Shown here one piece after another: positions 1 through 9,870 of a stretch of 64,000 nucleotides of DNA; within the stretch, counting starts at the first letter, position 1; every line of letters starts with the position of its first letter. The stretch is taken from the sequence record NC_047815.1; one strand, given 5' to 3'. The notes under the pieces were generated by a model. The model was not told where the DNA came from. It did not search any database and was given only the letters and a program-made list of their open reading frames with translations. The position numbers and the translations under genes were made by a program.

Positions 1-1422
1 ATGTTGGGGCGTCTTGGCGTTCATCATTTCAGTTCAGAGGTAACACGTAAGGCATATCGTCGTCTCAACAAGCTGCTTGAAGTTAAAGGCGAATTGCTTG
101 ATTGGGAAGACCTGTTAGAAGACCCGAACTTGGGTGAAGAATTCCGCGATGAGCTAAGAGCTTCGGAGGAAAAGCCAGCTAAATCAAAGCAGGGATTTGA
201 TCGTATCTTTGATGGACTTGAGAAGTATCGCAAGCGCCGTCAGATCATGATGCTTGGTAAACAGATTGCCAAAGACCTCGACAGCGATGAAGAGGAGTTT
301 GATGAAGACGAGTATCTGCAAACAGTAGCAGACCAGTTGAATCAGGCATCTAAAGGCAGCAACATCACCGAGAAAGTCTGGACGTTTGGCGGCAAGAAAG
401 GCAACGCGGTCAAGCTGGCCAAGCAGACGATTCATAACCCGCAAGAGTTGATGTACAAGACAGGCTTCAAGGTCTATGACACCAAGAACGGCGGTTGGCC
501 AACGACAGGGGTTGTGTTGTTAGCTGGTTCAACGTCTGGTGGTAAGTCTGTTATGTCTATGAACCTAGCGGACAACATAGCGCAACTGAACAGCATTCAT
601 TGTCTCAAGGTAACACTTGAAATGACTGCCGAACAGGAAATGAACCGTATGCTGTCAATGATCAGCGGCGTACCGTTCTGGAAGATCAAGCAAAAGAAAC
701 TCAGCGACCGCGAGAAGAAGAAACTTCTTGCTGCCGCGAAAGAGTATGACAAAAAGCTGCGTAAATCGAAAGGCAAGAACTCGTTTGTAAGTCCAGAACG
801 TGGCATGTCAATCGAAGACGTGTTGTACATGACCGTACCGTACAACGTGCAAGTCAGCTTTATCGACTATGTGGGATTGTTAGAAGGCATCGACAACGAC
901 AACCAGTGGCGTGAGCTATCAACCATTGTGCGTAAAGCCAAGGTACATGCATCGCGTACAGGACAGCTTGTTGTTATCCTGTGTCAGCTTGATGATCAGT
1001 CTGGTCGTATTCGTTACTCTGGTGGTATGCGAGAGCACGCCGACGTTGTGTGGGCATGGAACTACTCTGACCCAGAGATACGTGAGACCAAGATCATTCC
1101 TGTTCAAGTAATGAAAGCGCGTGATGGTGAACTGTTTGAAATGCCGTTACGTGACCTGTTCGAATACATGCAGGTTAAAGATGCAGATGAAGGCACAGAG
1201 ATTCCTCGTGCTGCTGCTTCTGCACTTGAGGATGATAGTGGTGAGAAGAAGTTTAAGAAAGGCAAAGGTGGCTTCAAGAAGAAGGACGTGGATAAGATTC
1301 CACTTAAAAAGAATCGACGATCCGCAACCGACTTCTTGAAAGGCAACGACCGCGACGGCGATGATGACGATGACGACATTATGCCGAAGAAAAAGAAAAA
1401 GAAATATGCTGTAGTTAGTTAA
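1..1422 (+). CDS. DnaB-like (SF4) replicative DNA helicase, probably 5'-partial
   Basis: Walker A LLAGSTSGGKS, H1a TLEMTAEQ, Walker B FIDYVGLL, LCQL, YSGGMREHADVV, Arg finger MKARDG; starts at window edge. Confidence 0.85.
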   Translation: MLGRLGVHHFSSEVTRKAYRRLNKLLEVKGELLDWEDLLEDPNLGEEFRDELRASEEKPAKSKQGFDRIFDGLEKYRKRRQIMMLGKQIAKDLDSDEEEFDEDEYLQTVADQLNQASKGSNITEKVWTFGGKKGNAVKLAKQTIHNPQELMYKTGFKVYDTKNGGWPTTGVVLLAGSTSGGKSVMSMNLADNIAQLNSIHCLKVTLEMTAEQEMNRMLSMISGVPFWKIKQKKLSDREKKKLLAAAKEYDKKLRKSKGKNSFVSPERGMSIEDVLYMTVPYNVQVSFIDYVGLLEGIDNDNQWRELSTIVRKAKVHASRTGQLVVILCQLDDQSGRIRYSGGMREHADVVWAWNYSDPEIRETKIIPVQVMKARDGELFEMPLRDLFEYMQVKDADEGTEIPRAAASALEDDSGEKKFKKGKGGFKKKDVDKIPLKKNRRSATDFLKGNDRDGDDDDDDIMPKKKKKKYAVVS

Positions 1423-1431
1423 GGAGCCAGC

Positions 1432-1680
1432 ATGTCCGAACAACTTGAGTGGTTTCCTTACGACCCTGTTGAATGTGTCGAGAAGGAAATCTATCACATC
1501 CGTACCAAGGAAGGTACGGAATACAGTTTCATGTACCCCAATGGTGAAGGCTTTCATCGTCAACATGATCATGCCTTGTGCAAGCAACTGCGTGTGCCTA
1601 AATCTGAGGTAACTCATGTGGCACTGCACATGACGCACGATGACTTCCTCGACAACTTTATTCTTGGGCGCAACGCGTGA
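1432..1680 (+). CDS. hypothetical protein
   Basis: AAGGAG RBS, abuts neighbouring genes. Confidence 0.7.
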   Translation: MSEQLEWFPYDPVECVEKEIYHIRTKEGTEYSFMYPNGEGFHRQHDHALCKQLRVPKSEVTHVALHMTHDDFLDNFILGRNA

Positions 1681-2483
1681 CAACAAGACCGTATGAAGGT
1701 CCGTACGGCATTATCGAAACAGAGCGCCTAGTCCCAAGGTGGCAACATAAGATTCAGCACGGCATGGTGCGCGAAGTTGAATCTTGGACTATTGGTGCTC
1801 TGCCGAATATTGTATCAGAAGCACCGCTTGTGAATGACATTCACGCTATCCATCAGAACCAAGTGACTGACTATGACGATGCAGATCAAATCGACCTCGA
1901 CGCAGAAGCCACAGCGCAGCAAAAAACTAACAGCCGACTTCTTATCAAGCCTAAGCTCAAGAAAATCCGAAACCGTAGTAGGAAAGACGACTTTAGTCCT
2001 GAGAACGTCTTCGATGTAACGGCTGAAACTCTCGATACAACCGTTCAGCATATCGAAACATCAGCGCGTGAAATGCGTGACTTGCTGTTGGACAACGTTG
2101 TCAGTACAATGCTTGGCTATGACATTGCAGCAGGTGAGGCAGAAGCTATCAGCCGCGATTGTCTTGAAACGCAAGTAGAGATTGATGACGAACTGGTTCC
2201 ATATCTTGAGCGTATTGGTCTCGGTAACATTCTTGGCAAGATGCTGGCAAACAGCACACACATTCCAGAAGCTGTTCGCAATGAGGTACTCAAAGACCTT
2301 ATGAACAAGTGGATGGAAGATGTGCGTCAGGAATTCAAGAACAAAAACAAGAGCAATCTACTGCGTCGCCTACGTCATGAGTACAGCGACCTAGTTGCTC
2401 AAAGTCCACCACAAGCTCCTTCGATTGGAACCACGAGAGGTTTCAGTGAGCTAAGAAAACGCGAGGCTAATGGCCAAACCTAA
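1677..2483 (+). CDS. hypothetical protein, possible terminase small subunit
   Basis: 268-aa helical protein overlapping the terminase large subunit start; function inferred from position only. Confidence 0.5.
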   Translation: MTTRPYEGPYGIIETERLVPRWQHKIQHGMVREVESWTIGALPNIVSEAPLVNDIHAIHQNQVTDYDDADQIDLDAEATAQQKTNSRLLIKPKLKKIRNRSRKDDFSPENVFDVTAETLDTTVQHIETSAREMRDLLLDNVVSTMLGYDIAAGEAEAISRDCLETQVEIDDELVPYLERIGLGNILGKMLANSTHIPEAVRNEVLKDLMNKWMEDVRQEFKNKNKSNLLRRLRHEYSDLVAQSPPQAPSIGTTRGFSELRKREANGQT

Positions 2484-5283
2484 GAAAGGGCCTGCGTTTA
2501 CGATTCAACCCAAGCGCATTGCAGCATTCGATGCGCTGTTGGGTGATGACGTAGCCGTAGCAGACGACCAGATGGACTTTCTGTCTGAGAATAGTGTAGG
2601 TAGTTTAGCGTTCCTCGAAAAGGGTGAACTCAACATTGTTGACCTCGTAGAGAAGGCGCTTGAAGACAGATCGCTAGTACCGCGTGATTTAAAGTTTGAC
2701 GACAGCGCAATGTCTGTGCCTCCGAACTTTCTTGAGTGGACAACAAGTCCTACTTACTTGAAAGCTGACCCATATCTGGAGCAGGCACTGATAGGCATTC
2801 GTCTGTTTGCTGAGTGGTGTCCTCGATGTTCAAACAATGAATGGTTGCATATTGAAAATCATGAACCTCAAGAGGGTATCGCAGGCATCCGCAAGAATCT
2901 TGTGCTGCTTGAACACAACAAATGTCCTAAGTGTGGTGCACGTCGTTCGGAACTACTCAAGAACGGTGAACTCGATTTCTACAACGAACTAGCAGTGAAT
3001 GCTGGTCAACGTTGTGTTACGGGTGCTACACCTGTTGTGACCTCAGGCGGCATCAAGCCTATTCATCACATGTTCATCGGGCATACAACTCCCGGCTTTC
3101 ACAAAGCACGTCTTGGCTGTGCTGCCCACAACGGCACACGCATCGCTCAGGTAAAGCAAATCTTTATCAGCAGCGAAGAAGCAGTCAAGTGTGTTGTGCT
3201 TGAGAACGGGATGTTTATCGAAGCTACAGATGACCATCCTCTCCGCTGTGTTCAGGGTTTCAAACACGTCAAGAACATTCAAGCAGGCGAATCAGTACAG
3301 ATTGTACTTGGTACCAATAGTTGGGGCAAGGTAACAAGCCCAACAAACATATTCGACGCAGGTATATCCACGCGTGCATCAGCCCTCGACTATCTGACCA
3401 GAAACTCCTTAGGTCACGATACAGAGGGCACTCGCGTTTATGTCTGCGATTCAGAGCAAGCTCAGATGGCTTGGTCTATTTTACTCAACGCTGGGTTTAT
3501 GCCCGATGTGCATCGCCACCAGCATGAGTTTTATGTTACGTTTGACCTCACACAGGAATGTCGTCCACGCTCAGTGTATCTTGAAGTGCTTGAGGTACAC
3601 GAGACCGAACCGCAGATTACATACGACTTGTTGATGGATGGAATGCCTCAGTTTGTTGCTGGCGGCTTTCTTAATCACAACAGTGGTAAGTCAGTTGTAA
3701 CGGCAATGATCTCAACATATCTGACACAAAAGATATTGATGAGTCAAAGCCCGACAGGTATCTTGGGCATCGACCCAACAACCATGCTGCACGGTACGTT
3801 TGTTGCTCTTACTCAGAAGCAAGCGTCAGATACCTTGTGGACGCCGTATTTCCAATACATATCGCAAAGCCCTTGGTTCCAGCAGTATCATGAAATCATT
3901 CGTCGCCACGAACGTCGTTATGGCGTAGAGGTCATGAAGATTCGTGATACGTTTGTTATGTATGGCCATCGTAACCTAGTTGTTTATCCTGCCGGCCCAG
4001 ATGGTCGTATACTACGTGGTCGTACACGTATTTTTGCGGCCATCGATGAGGTAGCCTACTTCGACAACGATGCAGACTCGAAAAAGGTTAAAGCCAGTGC
4101 CAGCATGGTCTATGGTGCACTTGACAGAAGTCTTGCAACCGTACGAAGCGCCGAACGTAAACAACTCGCATCAGGCTACGATAACGCGTTCACTGGTTAC
4201 TTCTTTAATATCTCAAGTCCAGTACATGCGCGTGACAAGATCAACGAACTGTTGCGTCTCAGCTTTGGCTCGAAGAAAATCTTAGGCATTCACGCACCAA
4301 CGTGGAAGATGAACCCCACGATGCCTCGTGATTCAGAGTTCCTTGTTGAAGCGTTTCGTCGTGACCCTGTTGGTGCAGCACGAGACTATGGAGCAGAAGC
4401 TCCTATGTCTGCTAACCCGTTCATCACGCAGCCTGTGTTTATCGAGAAGTCTATTCGTGAGAAGGGACGCAATATGGTTGTGTATCAACACCACTATATT
4501 AAATTCCCGAACGGTAAAAAACAACGCTATGGTTCCATTGTTAAAGCTGCGACAACAACACGTCCAAGCATTATGGCAATCGATGCTGGTTACACCAACA
4601 ACAGCTTTGCACTTGTTGTGGGCAGCAGGAACGATAACAGCGTTATCAGCGTGGACTGTCTTGTTGAGATAGTTCCAAAGCCAGGCATTCCTCTCAGCTA
4701 CAACAAAATCTTTGAGGAGATTATTGTACCTCTGTGTCGTGCGCGTAATGTGCGTGTGTTGCTTGCTGACCAATGGCAATCTCTCAAGCTGTTGCAGGAT
4801 GCCTTAGCTGCGTGCAGTCTTGATGCGTCTGATCAGTACAGTCTCAAGTACAGAGATATGTGGGGCGTCAAGACGTTGCTTGAATCTGATCCGCCTCGCA
4901 TTAGTCTGCCGCGTCTGCAACACGCCGATGATATTTATGAAACGTTGAAGTATGACGGTGATGAATATCCTTGGTGCTTTGAAGGCAAGCCGACTGAACA
5001 CTTAATGATGCAGCTACAGACAGTGCAGGACACAGGTCACAGCGTGCTTAAAAACACAGGCGCTACCGATGACTTGTGGCGTGCTATGGCGCTGATGACG
5101 TATGGCTTTGAGTGTACTGAATACGATGAATACCTTGTTGTTAAGGAAACGAAAGCTATCAACCGTGACCCTAACCGTCTCGGTACAATGGCTGGTCGTC
5201 GTAACGTTGCTCAGAGCCTAAGTAAAACAGTTGGCAGTATGGCGTTAGGCAGCGTGCGCACACGACGCATAGGCAGGAATTAG
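2470..5283 (+). CDS. terminase large subunit with intein
   Basis: After intein removal Walker A is AGQRSGKS; Walker B IFAAIDEVAY; coupling motif ISSP; RNase H-like nuclease AIDAG; CxxC pairs in the N-terminal region. Confidence 0.85.
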   Translation: MAKPKKGPAFTIQPKRIAAFDALLGDDVAVADDQMDFLSENSVGSLAFLEKGELNIVDLVEKALEDRSLVPRDLKFDDSAMSVPPNFLEWTTSPTYLKADPYLEQALIGIRLFAEWCPRCSNNEWLHIENHEPQEGIAGIRKNLVLLEHNKCPKCGARRSELLKNGELDFYNELAVNAGQRCVTGATPVVTSGGIKPIHHMFIGHTTPGFHKARLGCAAHNGTRIAQVKQIFISSEEAVKCVVLENGMFIEATDDHPLRCVQGFKHVKNIQAGESVQIVLGTNSWGKVTSPTNIFDAGISTRASALDYLTRNSLGHDTEGTRVYVCDSEQAQMAWSILLNAGFMPDVHRHQHEFYVTFDLTQECRPRSVYLEVLEVHETEPQITYDLLMDGMPQFVAGGFLNHNSGKSVVTAMISTYLTQKILMSQSPTGILGIDPTTMLHGTFVALTQKQASDTLWTPYFQYISQSPWFQQYHEIIRRHERRYGVEVMKIRDTFVMYGHRNLVVYPAGPDGRILRGRTRIFAAIDEVAYFDNDADSKKVKASASMVYGALDRSLATVRSAERKQLASGYDNAFTGYFFNISSPVHARDKINELLRLSFGSKKILGIHAPTWKMNPTMPRDSEFLVEAFRRDPVGAARDYGAEAPMSANPFITQPVFIEKSIREKGRNMVVYQHHYIKFPNGKKQRYGSIVKAATTTRPSIMAIDAGYTNNSFALVVGSRNDNSVISVDCLVEIVPKPGIPLSYNKIFEEIIVPLCRARNVRVLLADQWQSLKLLQDALAACSLDASDQYSLKYRDMWGVKTLLESDPPRISLPRLQHADDIYETLKYDGDEYPWCFEGKPTEHLMMQLQTVQDTGHSVLKNTGATDDLWRAMALMTYGFECTEYDEYLVVKETKAINRDPNRLGTMAGRRNVAQSLSKTVGSMALGSVRTRRIGRN
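3013..3681 (+). mobile_element. intein (223 aa) in terminase Walker A, with only a remnant of a homing endonuclease
   Basis: Starts CVTGATPV, block B ATDDHPL, ends YDLLMDGMPQFVAGGFLNHN followed by Ser (+1). Confidence 0.9.
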
Positions 5284-5290
5284 TAATTTA
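5282..5290 (+). promoter_or_regulatory. candidate late-promoter motif AGTAATTTA
   Basis: Upstream of the Zn-ribbon/portal genes; identical 9-mer occurs upstream of - strand structural genes at 46466 and 56494. Confidence 0.4.
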
Positions 5291-5316
5291 CGAGTACCAA
5301 ATAGGAGATCTCTGCT

Positions 5317-5538
5317 ATGAGCGAAAGTAAATTCTTTAATCCACTTGCTGTCAAACCAACTGTAAAGTCCACTAGCGCGGCGCAATCAGTAGAATCTGTC
5401 AGCAGCGCATTCATTATCGACAACCCGAATATGTGCCCCAAGTGCAATTCAGCAACAGTCGCAACAGAGCTTATGTCTGGTGAGCCTGTTATGTTTTGCA
5501 CCAACTGCCGAGTAAGTATGGCACAACGTTTAGAGTGA
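5317..5538 (+). CDS. small zinc-ribbon protein
   Basis: CPKC...CTNC; AGGAG RBS. Confidence 0.7.
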   Translation: MSESKFFNPLAVKPTVKSTSAAQSVESVSSAFIIDNPNMCPKCNSATVATELMSGEPVMFCTNCRVSMAQRLE

Positions 5539-5545
5539 GGTACAG

Positions 5546-7489
5546 ATGGGTATTCGAGTAGGACGTGGCGTTTCAGCACAACAGGCTGAGACCAAACAAG
5601 ACGTTCCGAAAAAGAAGAACTCGTCGGTGGGCGTTGCCAGTTTGCCACAAGCGATTGGCAACGCTATTCGTAGTCATAGCTCAAAGAGTCAGCTTGCGGC
5701 TGCCTCAGAGTTTCGTTCGCAATCAGCGGGCGGTCAAGCAATGGCTGGTGGGAGTATGCAGACAGGTGCAATCCCACTAGACATTGACCTTGAGCCTATG
5801 ATGGAAGGCATGGATTATGATGCCGACGACCGACAGCTATTCAACGTCTATCGTGATATTTATAACTTTGACCCGATTTGTGGCGCGTATGTAGACCTGT
5901 TCTCAACCCTGCCATTCTCCGATGTGAGTTTCAGCGGTGCTAAGGACAGTATTCTCGACCCGTACTATGAAATGAACGAGCGTCTTGGACTAACGTCTGC
6001 GATGCCGAATATTACTACTGACATTCAGGTTACAGGTGCCTTTGTTGGTTCGATGCTGTACAACAAAGACAAAAAGAAATTCATCGATATGATGACGCAC
6101 CGCTATGATAACTTGGACGTCACAAGTCTGCCGTTTCTTTCTCAAGACCCTATGTTTGAACTGCGTATTCCACGCGAAGTAAAGCAGGCGTTTGGCAAAG
6201 AAGGCAAGCGTATGGATGCGTTGCGCAAAGAGCTTGGTCCATCGTTTGTTGACAAGATTATGAATGAAGCAACGATGGAACTTGACCCTATCGGAACAAT
6301 CTATATTCCTCGCAAGACGTTTACGTTTGGTGAAGGAGTATCAGTGTTTCGTCGCGTGCTGCCCATCTGGTTGATTGAAAAGAATCTGTATCGTGGAACG
6401 CTTATCGAGTCAGGCAGACGTCAACGTGGTATTCTTCACGCCCAGCTTGGTGATGGCGATCAGTGGGAACCCTCTACCGAAGAGATGGACTTTATCACTG
6501 ACTTGCTGTTGTCAGCAGACAGCGACCCTATTGGTTCAATCATCACAACACGTCTCGGTGTGAACATCAGTGAGTTCCGTCAAGGCGGTGATTTCTGGAA
6601 GATTACCGATATCTGGGACCAGACCTCGCAGTTTAAGATGCGTGCTATGGGTATCAGTGAAGCATTCCTCAGTGGTGAAGCGAACTACGATAGCGGTGCT
6701 GCTGGACTGACTATCTTTGTTGAGTCTATGCGTGCTTTCCGCGACCATCTTACTCGCAAGGTCTACTACGAGAAAGCGTTCCCTATTATCAGTCTCATGA
6801 ATGGTCTGGCAGTTCAAAAGAACGGCAAGATTATCAAAAAGAGCGGCATGATGGACGGCGATACTCAAGAGATCATGCATCGTCTTGCAGATGGCAGCAA
6901 GCTGTTTATTCCTAACGTTCACTGGTCTAAGCAACTCAAGCCTGATGTAGACCAAGCAATGATGGAAAACTTGCGTACAATGACAGAGCTTGGTGTGCCT
7001 GTTCCGCTGCGTGCTATTGCCGCTGCTGGTGGCTTTAACTTTGATCAGTTACTGATGGACCAAGACGAAGACATTGCAATGCGCCGCAAGCTAGGTGCGT
7101 TCCACAAGCGTCAGCAAGAAGTTGATCGTGAGTTTGCTCTGCCAGAAGCTGGTATGGACAGCGAGAGCAGTGCGTTCCAGTCAACGTCTAGCACATCACG
7201 CAACAGACCCATTGCTGGCTTTGGTGCAAGTTCTGTTATTGGTAGCGGTCGTCGTAAACACTTGCTTGACCGTGATTACGGTGAACGTTCCGAAATCTTC
7301 GAGCTGTCCAAGACAGGCAAGAAGAAGCATGTGTTCCGTCAGGCAGTTGCTCAACAGCGTGCCAATGACCACATCATGAAAAGTATCAAGAACTATGATG
7401 AGCATCGTACCATGCCTCTTGATACAGGTAAAGTAAGCCGTAAAGCCACGCCAGGGGAATTACGAGCACTTCGTAAGGGGATGCGCTGA
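5546..7489 (+). CDS. putative portal protein
   Basis: 647 aa, close downstream of terminase, helical core with flexible termini; position and size only, no diagnostic motif recognised. Confidence 0.55.
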   Translation: MGIRVGRGVSAQQAETKQDVPKKKNSSVGVASLPQAIGNAIRSHSSKSQLAAASEFRSQSAGGQAMAGGSMQTGAIPLDIDLEPMMEGMDYDADDRQLFNVYRDIYNFDPICGAYVDLFSTLPFSDVSFSGAKDSILDPYYEMNERLGLTSAMPNITTDIQVTGAFVGSMLYNKDKKKFIDMMTHRYDNLDVTSLPFLSQDPMFELRIPREVKQAFGKEGKRMDALRKELGPSFVDKIMNEATMELDPIGTIYIPRKTFTFGEGVSVFRRVLPIWLIEKNLYRGTLIESGRRQRGILHAQLGDGDQWEPSTEEMDFITDLLLSADSDPIGSIITTRLGVNISEFRQGGDFWKITDIWDQTSQFKMRAMGISEAFLSGEANYDSGAAGLTIFVESMRAFRDHLTRKVYYEKAFPIISLMNGLAVQKNGKIIKKSGMMDGDTQEIMHRLADGSKLFIPNVHWSKQLKPDVDQAMMENLRTMTELGVPVPLRAIAAAGGFNFDQLLMDQDEDIAMRRKLGAFHKRQQEVDREFALPEAGMDSESSAFQSTSSTSRNRPIAGFGASSVIGSGRRKHLLDRDYGERSEIFELSKTGKKKHVFRQAVAQQRANDHIMKSIKNYDEHRTMPLDTGKVSRKATPGELRALRKGMR

Positions 7490-7815
7490 TGTATCGCTTT
7501 CCAACGTGTACTGTCGAGGGTCAGGCAACTGCCCTCGTGTATATTCATCCACAGTATAAAAACTACGGTGTTGCGTTCAAAGTAGATCGCAGCGACAAGC
7601 AAACAGATGTGCTGTGTGACATTGTTTATGGCGACATTGACGGCAAGACAAAACTCACACCCCAGCAAGATTTCAGTGCACCACTTGATGTAACTATTTG
7701 GGCACTGAATGCCATGCGCATCATCCAACAATCTGTAAATAGTGAAAGCATTAACATTGAAGACCTCTTCGCTAATCACGGCGGAGTTATTGTGTATACT
7801 ACCAATCAGGAGTAA
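7489..7815 (+). CDS. hypothetical protein
   Basis: Start overlaps upstream stop codon. Confidence 0.7.
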   Translation: MYRFPTCTVEGQATALVYIHPQYKNYGVAFKVDRSDKQTDVLCDIVYGDIDGKTKLTPQQDFSAPLDVTIWALNAMRIIQQSVNSESINIEDLFANHGGVIVYTTNQE

Positions 7816-7820
7816 GCATC

Positions 7821-8201
7821 GTGAGTGGATTATTTACCCATCGCGTGTTTGATAAAAAAGAAGGTTTCGTTTTCGTTGTTGCACCAGTTGATGACAGCGA
7901 ACAAGACTCCGTTGATATGGCTCGTGAGTGTGAAGACATTCTTAACTCTCGTTGGGAAGAACTTCAAGAAAGCGATCTGACCGTCGATGAAGTGCGTGAC
8001 GGTGAAGAAGCTGAACTGATTTATCCAGAAGCAGTTGATGTGCTGTCTCGCGCAGACTATGGCCTGGCTGATTGCTTCATTATCAGCAGCATCACCGTTA
8101 TCGGTAAAGTGTGCATCGTTCACGGTCTGTTGGCTCTTGCTGACGAGGATGAAGACGAAGATGATGATTCCATTGACGCAGACGAAGAAGATTTCGACTA
8201 G
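7821..8201 (+). CDS. very acidic hypothetical protein
   Basis: About 39 of 126 residues are D/E; AGGAG RBS; GTG start. Confidence 0.7.
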   Translation: MSGLFTHRVFDKKEGFVFVVAPVDDSEQDSVDMARECEDILNSRWEELQESDLTVDEVRDGEEAELIYPEAVDVLSRADYGLADCFIISSITVIGKVCIVHGLLALADEDEDEDDDSIDADEEDFD

Positions 8202-8210
8202 TCAATCAAG

Positions 8211-8230
8211 TGAGGGCCTTCGGGTCCTCA
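8211..8230 (+). terminator. hairpin with C(UUCG)G tetraloop
   Basis: TGAGGGCC-TTCG-GGTCCTCA; no clear U-tract, so possibly a processing or stability hairpin. Confidence 0.5.
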
Positions 8231-8363
8231 TGAATCTTGCACAAGTCGATGTGGTTGCAGCGTGCAGCTTTCTCATTAAACTAGACAGGACTGAGGCAGA
8301 TGTGTTAGTACGACAACTTGATAACCGTGAAGTCTCTGACCTGTACCATCAGCTGGTGGTCTA

Positions 8364-8825
8364 ATGGAAAAAGATGATAGTGTAAGGCACAGATTGATTT
8401 GCTCAGGCGTGCCGCAACGAGTACCTCCTTTCGATTCTGCATTTGTGAACACCGCTCATCGTGATGGTCTCAAACTGCTAGTCAAAGCTGCTCCTGAATC
8501 GTGTCAGATACTGACCGTGACGGACGGTACCAGCGCCGCTTACGCATTCAAACTCCTCCATAAGCGAAACTTCAATCTTCGTTGTACAGCACTTGAACTA
8601 GACCTTCATACGCTAGAATTTTCAGGTCGTGTTGCTCATCTTTTCGTAAAAGGTAATTTCAACTATACCAAACTGAGTCGTTGGTTCTGTCGTGGTGAAT
8701 CAATGCTGCATGAACTAAGTCAGAGTCAGGGCAACGTGATTGATATGTTTTGCTTTGGCAAGGAGCTGCATCAAGCCTTGCATCAACGCAATCGTGGAAA
8801 ATCTATTGTATTTGTGGAGGAGTAG
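8364..8825 (+). CDS. hypothetical protein
   Basis: 153-aa ORF in operon context. Confidence 0.65.
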   Translation: MEKDDSVRHRLICSGVPQRVPPFDSAFVNTAHRDGLKLLVKAAPESCQILTVTDGTSAAYAFKLLHKRNFNLRCTALELDLHTLEFSGRVAHLFVKGNFNYTKLSRWFCRGESMLHELSQSQGNVIDMFCFGKELHQALHQRNRGKSIVFVEE

Positions 8826-9862
8826 TGGCTAGAACGTTTTCTTCCGTACCAGACTCAAGCAATCAGCTTGCTCCTGGTTACGCTACAAAAATAAAGTATG
8901 GCAAGGTGCCTATGCTGCACGTTGTCGATGCTTCTAACTGGATGGCTCGTGCCTTCTTTGCTACGCAGAACGCTGACCCTTACATGCGTGCAGCAGACGG
9001 TACACCAACTGGTGGCTTGCGTCAGTTCCTTATTATGGCGCAGACGTTGATCAACACAGCAAAGGCAGATCCCAACGGATGCTTTATTGCATTCTGCTTT
9101 GACCCTTCTGGTACACAGACATGGCGCTATCGTGCTATGTCTCATTTTGCCGAAGAGAACAAGAAAAGTTATCTGCGTCAGGTGTTTAAGAAAAGTCACA
9201 TGTATAAAGGCAATCGTGACAAAACAAAGTCCAGCGATATGCCTATTCAGATGCAGCTAGCCCGTGAGATACTCGCTAAAGCTGGTTACTGGGTTGGTCT
9301 AAAAGCTCCATATGAAGCTGATGACCTTGTTGGTACTATTGTGCATCGCTTTGCTCGTGACTATCTGATCAAGATGTATTCGCGCGATAAGGACTATGTG
9401 CAGCTTGTGATCAACAAAAACGTTGAGCTTATCATGCAGCGTCAGGCAAACAGTCCTGAACGTCGATTTAGTCACAAGACAGCCAAGACGTTCTTTGGTG
9501 TTCCTGCTGATCGTGTTATTGATATGCTGGCACTGAGTGGTGATGGTGTTGATAACGTTCCGGGTCTGCCTGGTATCGCAGAAGGCACAGCGTGCAAGTT
9601 GATCAACGAATGGGGTTCAGCACTTGGTGTACAACGAGCTGTGCGTACAGGCAAGATTAAAAGCAAAGCTGCTTGGGCAAGAGCACTGCGTGGTGAGATT
9701 CCTCACATGCCTCTTGAGCTACAGCTTGAGCTGGTAACGATTGATAAAAACGTTCCACGTCTGCCTCAATCTATCTTGGGTTTTGCACAAAAGCCCAGCG
9801 ATGATCGTGAACTCAAGCGCCTCAAGAAACGTTTGGGCTTTAGCTCGATGTTGCATCTTTAG
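8825..9862 (+). CDS. 5'-3' exonuclease / flap endonuclease (PolI N-terminal, T4 RNase H-like)
   Basis: VVDAS, FCFD, YKGNR, YEADDLVGT, SRDKDYVQL, H3TH motif GDGVDNVPGLPGIAEGTA; start set at GTG 8825 (ATG 8912 is an alternative). Confidence 0.9.
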   Translation: MARTFSSVPDSSNQLAPGYATKIKYGKVPMLHVVDASNWMARAFFATQNADPYMRAADGTPTGGLRQFLIMAQTLINTAKADPNGCFIAFCFDPSGTQTWRYRAMSHFAEENKKSYLRQVFKKSHMYKGNRDKTKSSDMPIQMQLAREILAKAGYWVGLKAPYEADDLVGTIVHRFARDYLIKMYSRDKDYVQLVINKNVELIMQRQANSPERRFSHKTAKTFFGVPADRVIDMLALSGDGVDNVPGLPGIAEGTACKLINEWGSALGVQRAVRTGKIKSKAAWARALRGEIPHMPLELQLELVTIDKNVPRLPQSILGFAQKPSDDRELKRLKKRLGFSSMLHL

Positions 9863-9870
9863 GAGATGAT

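Noticed and set aside
8230-8364. 44-aa ORF MNLAQVDVV... after the UUCG hairpin
   Set aside because: It fills the gap neatly, but the start codon and RBS region are sequestered in the hairpin and there is no motif, so support is insufficient.
8750-8824. Longest-ORF start for the exonuclease, and similar upstream extensions at 28461, 33308, 36600, 39645, 43582, 48693, 51832 and 53303
   Set aside because: These extensions overlap upstream genes or terminators; downstream starts with a better RBS or tight gene junctions were chosen.
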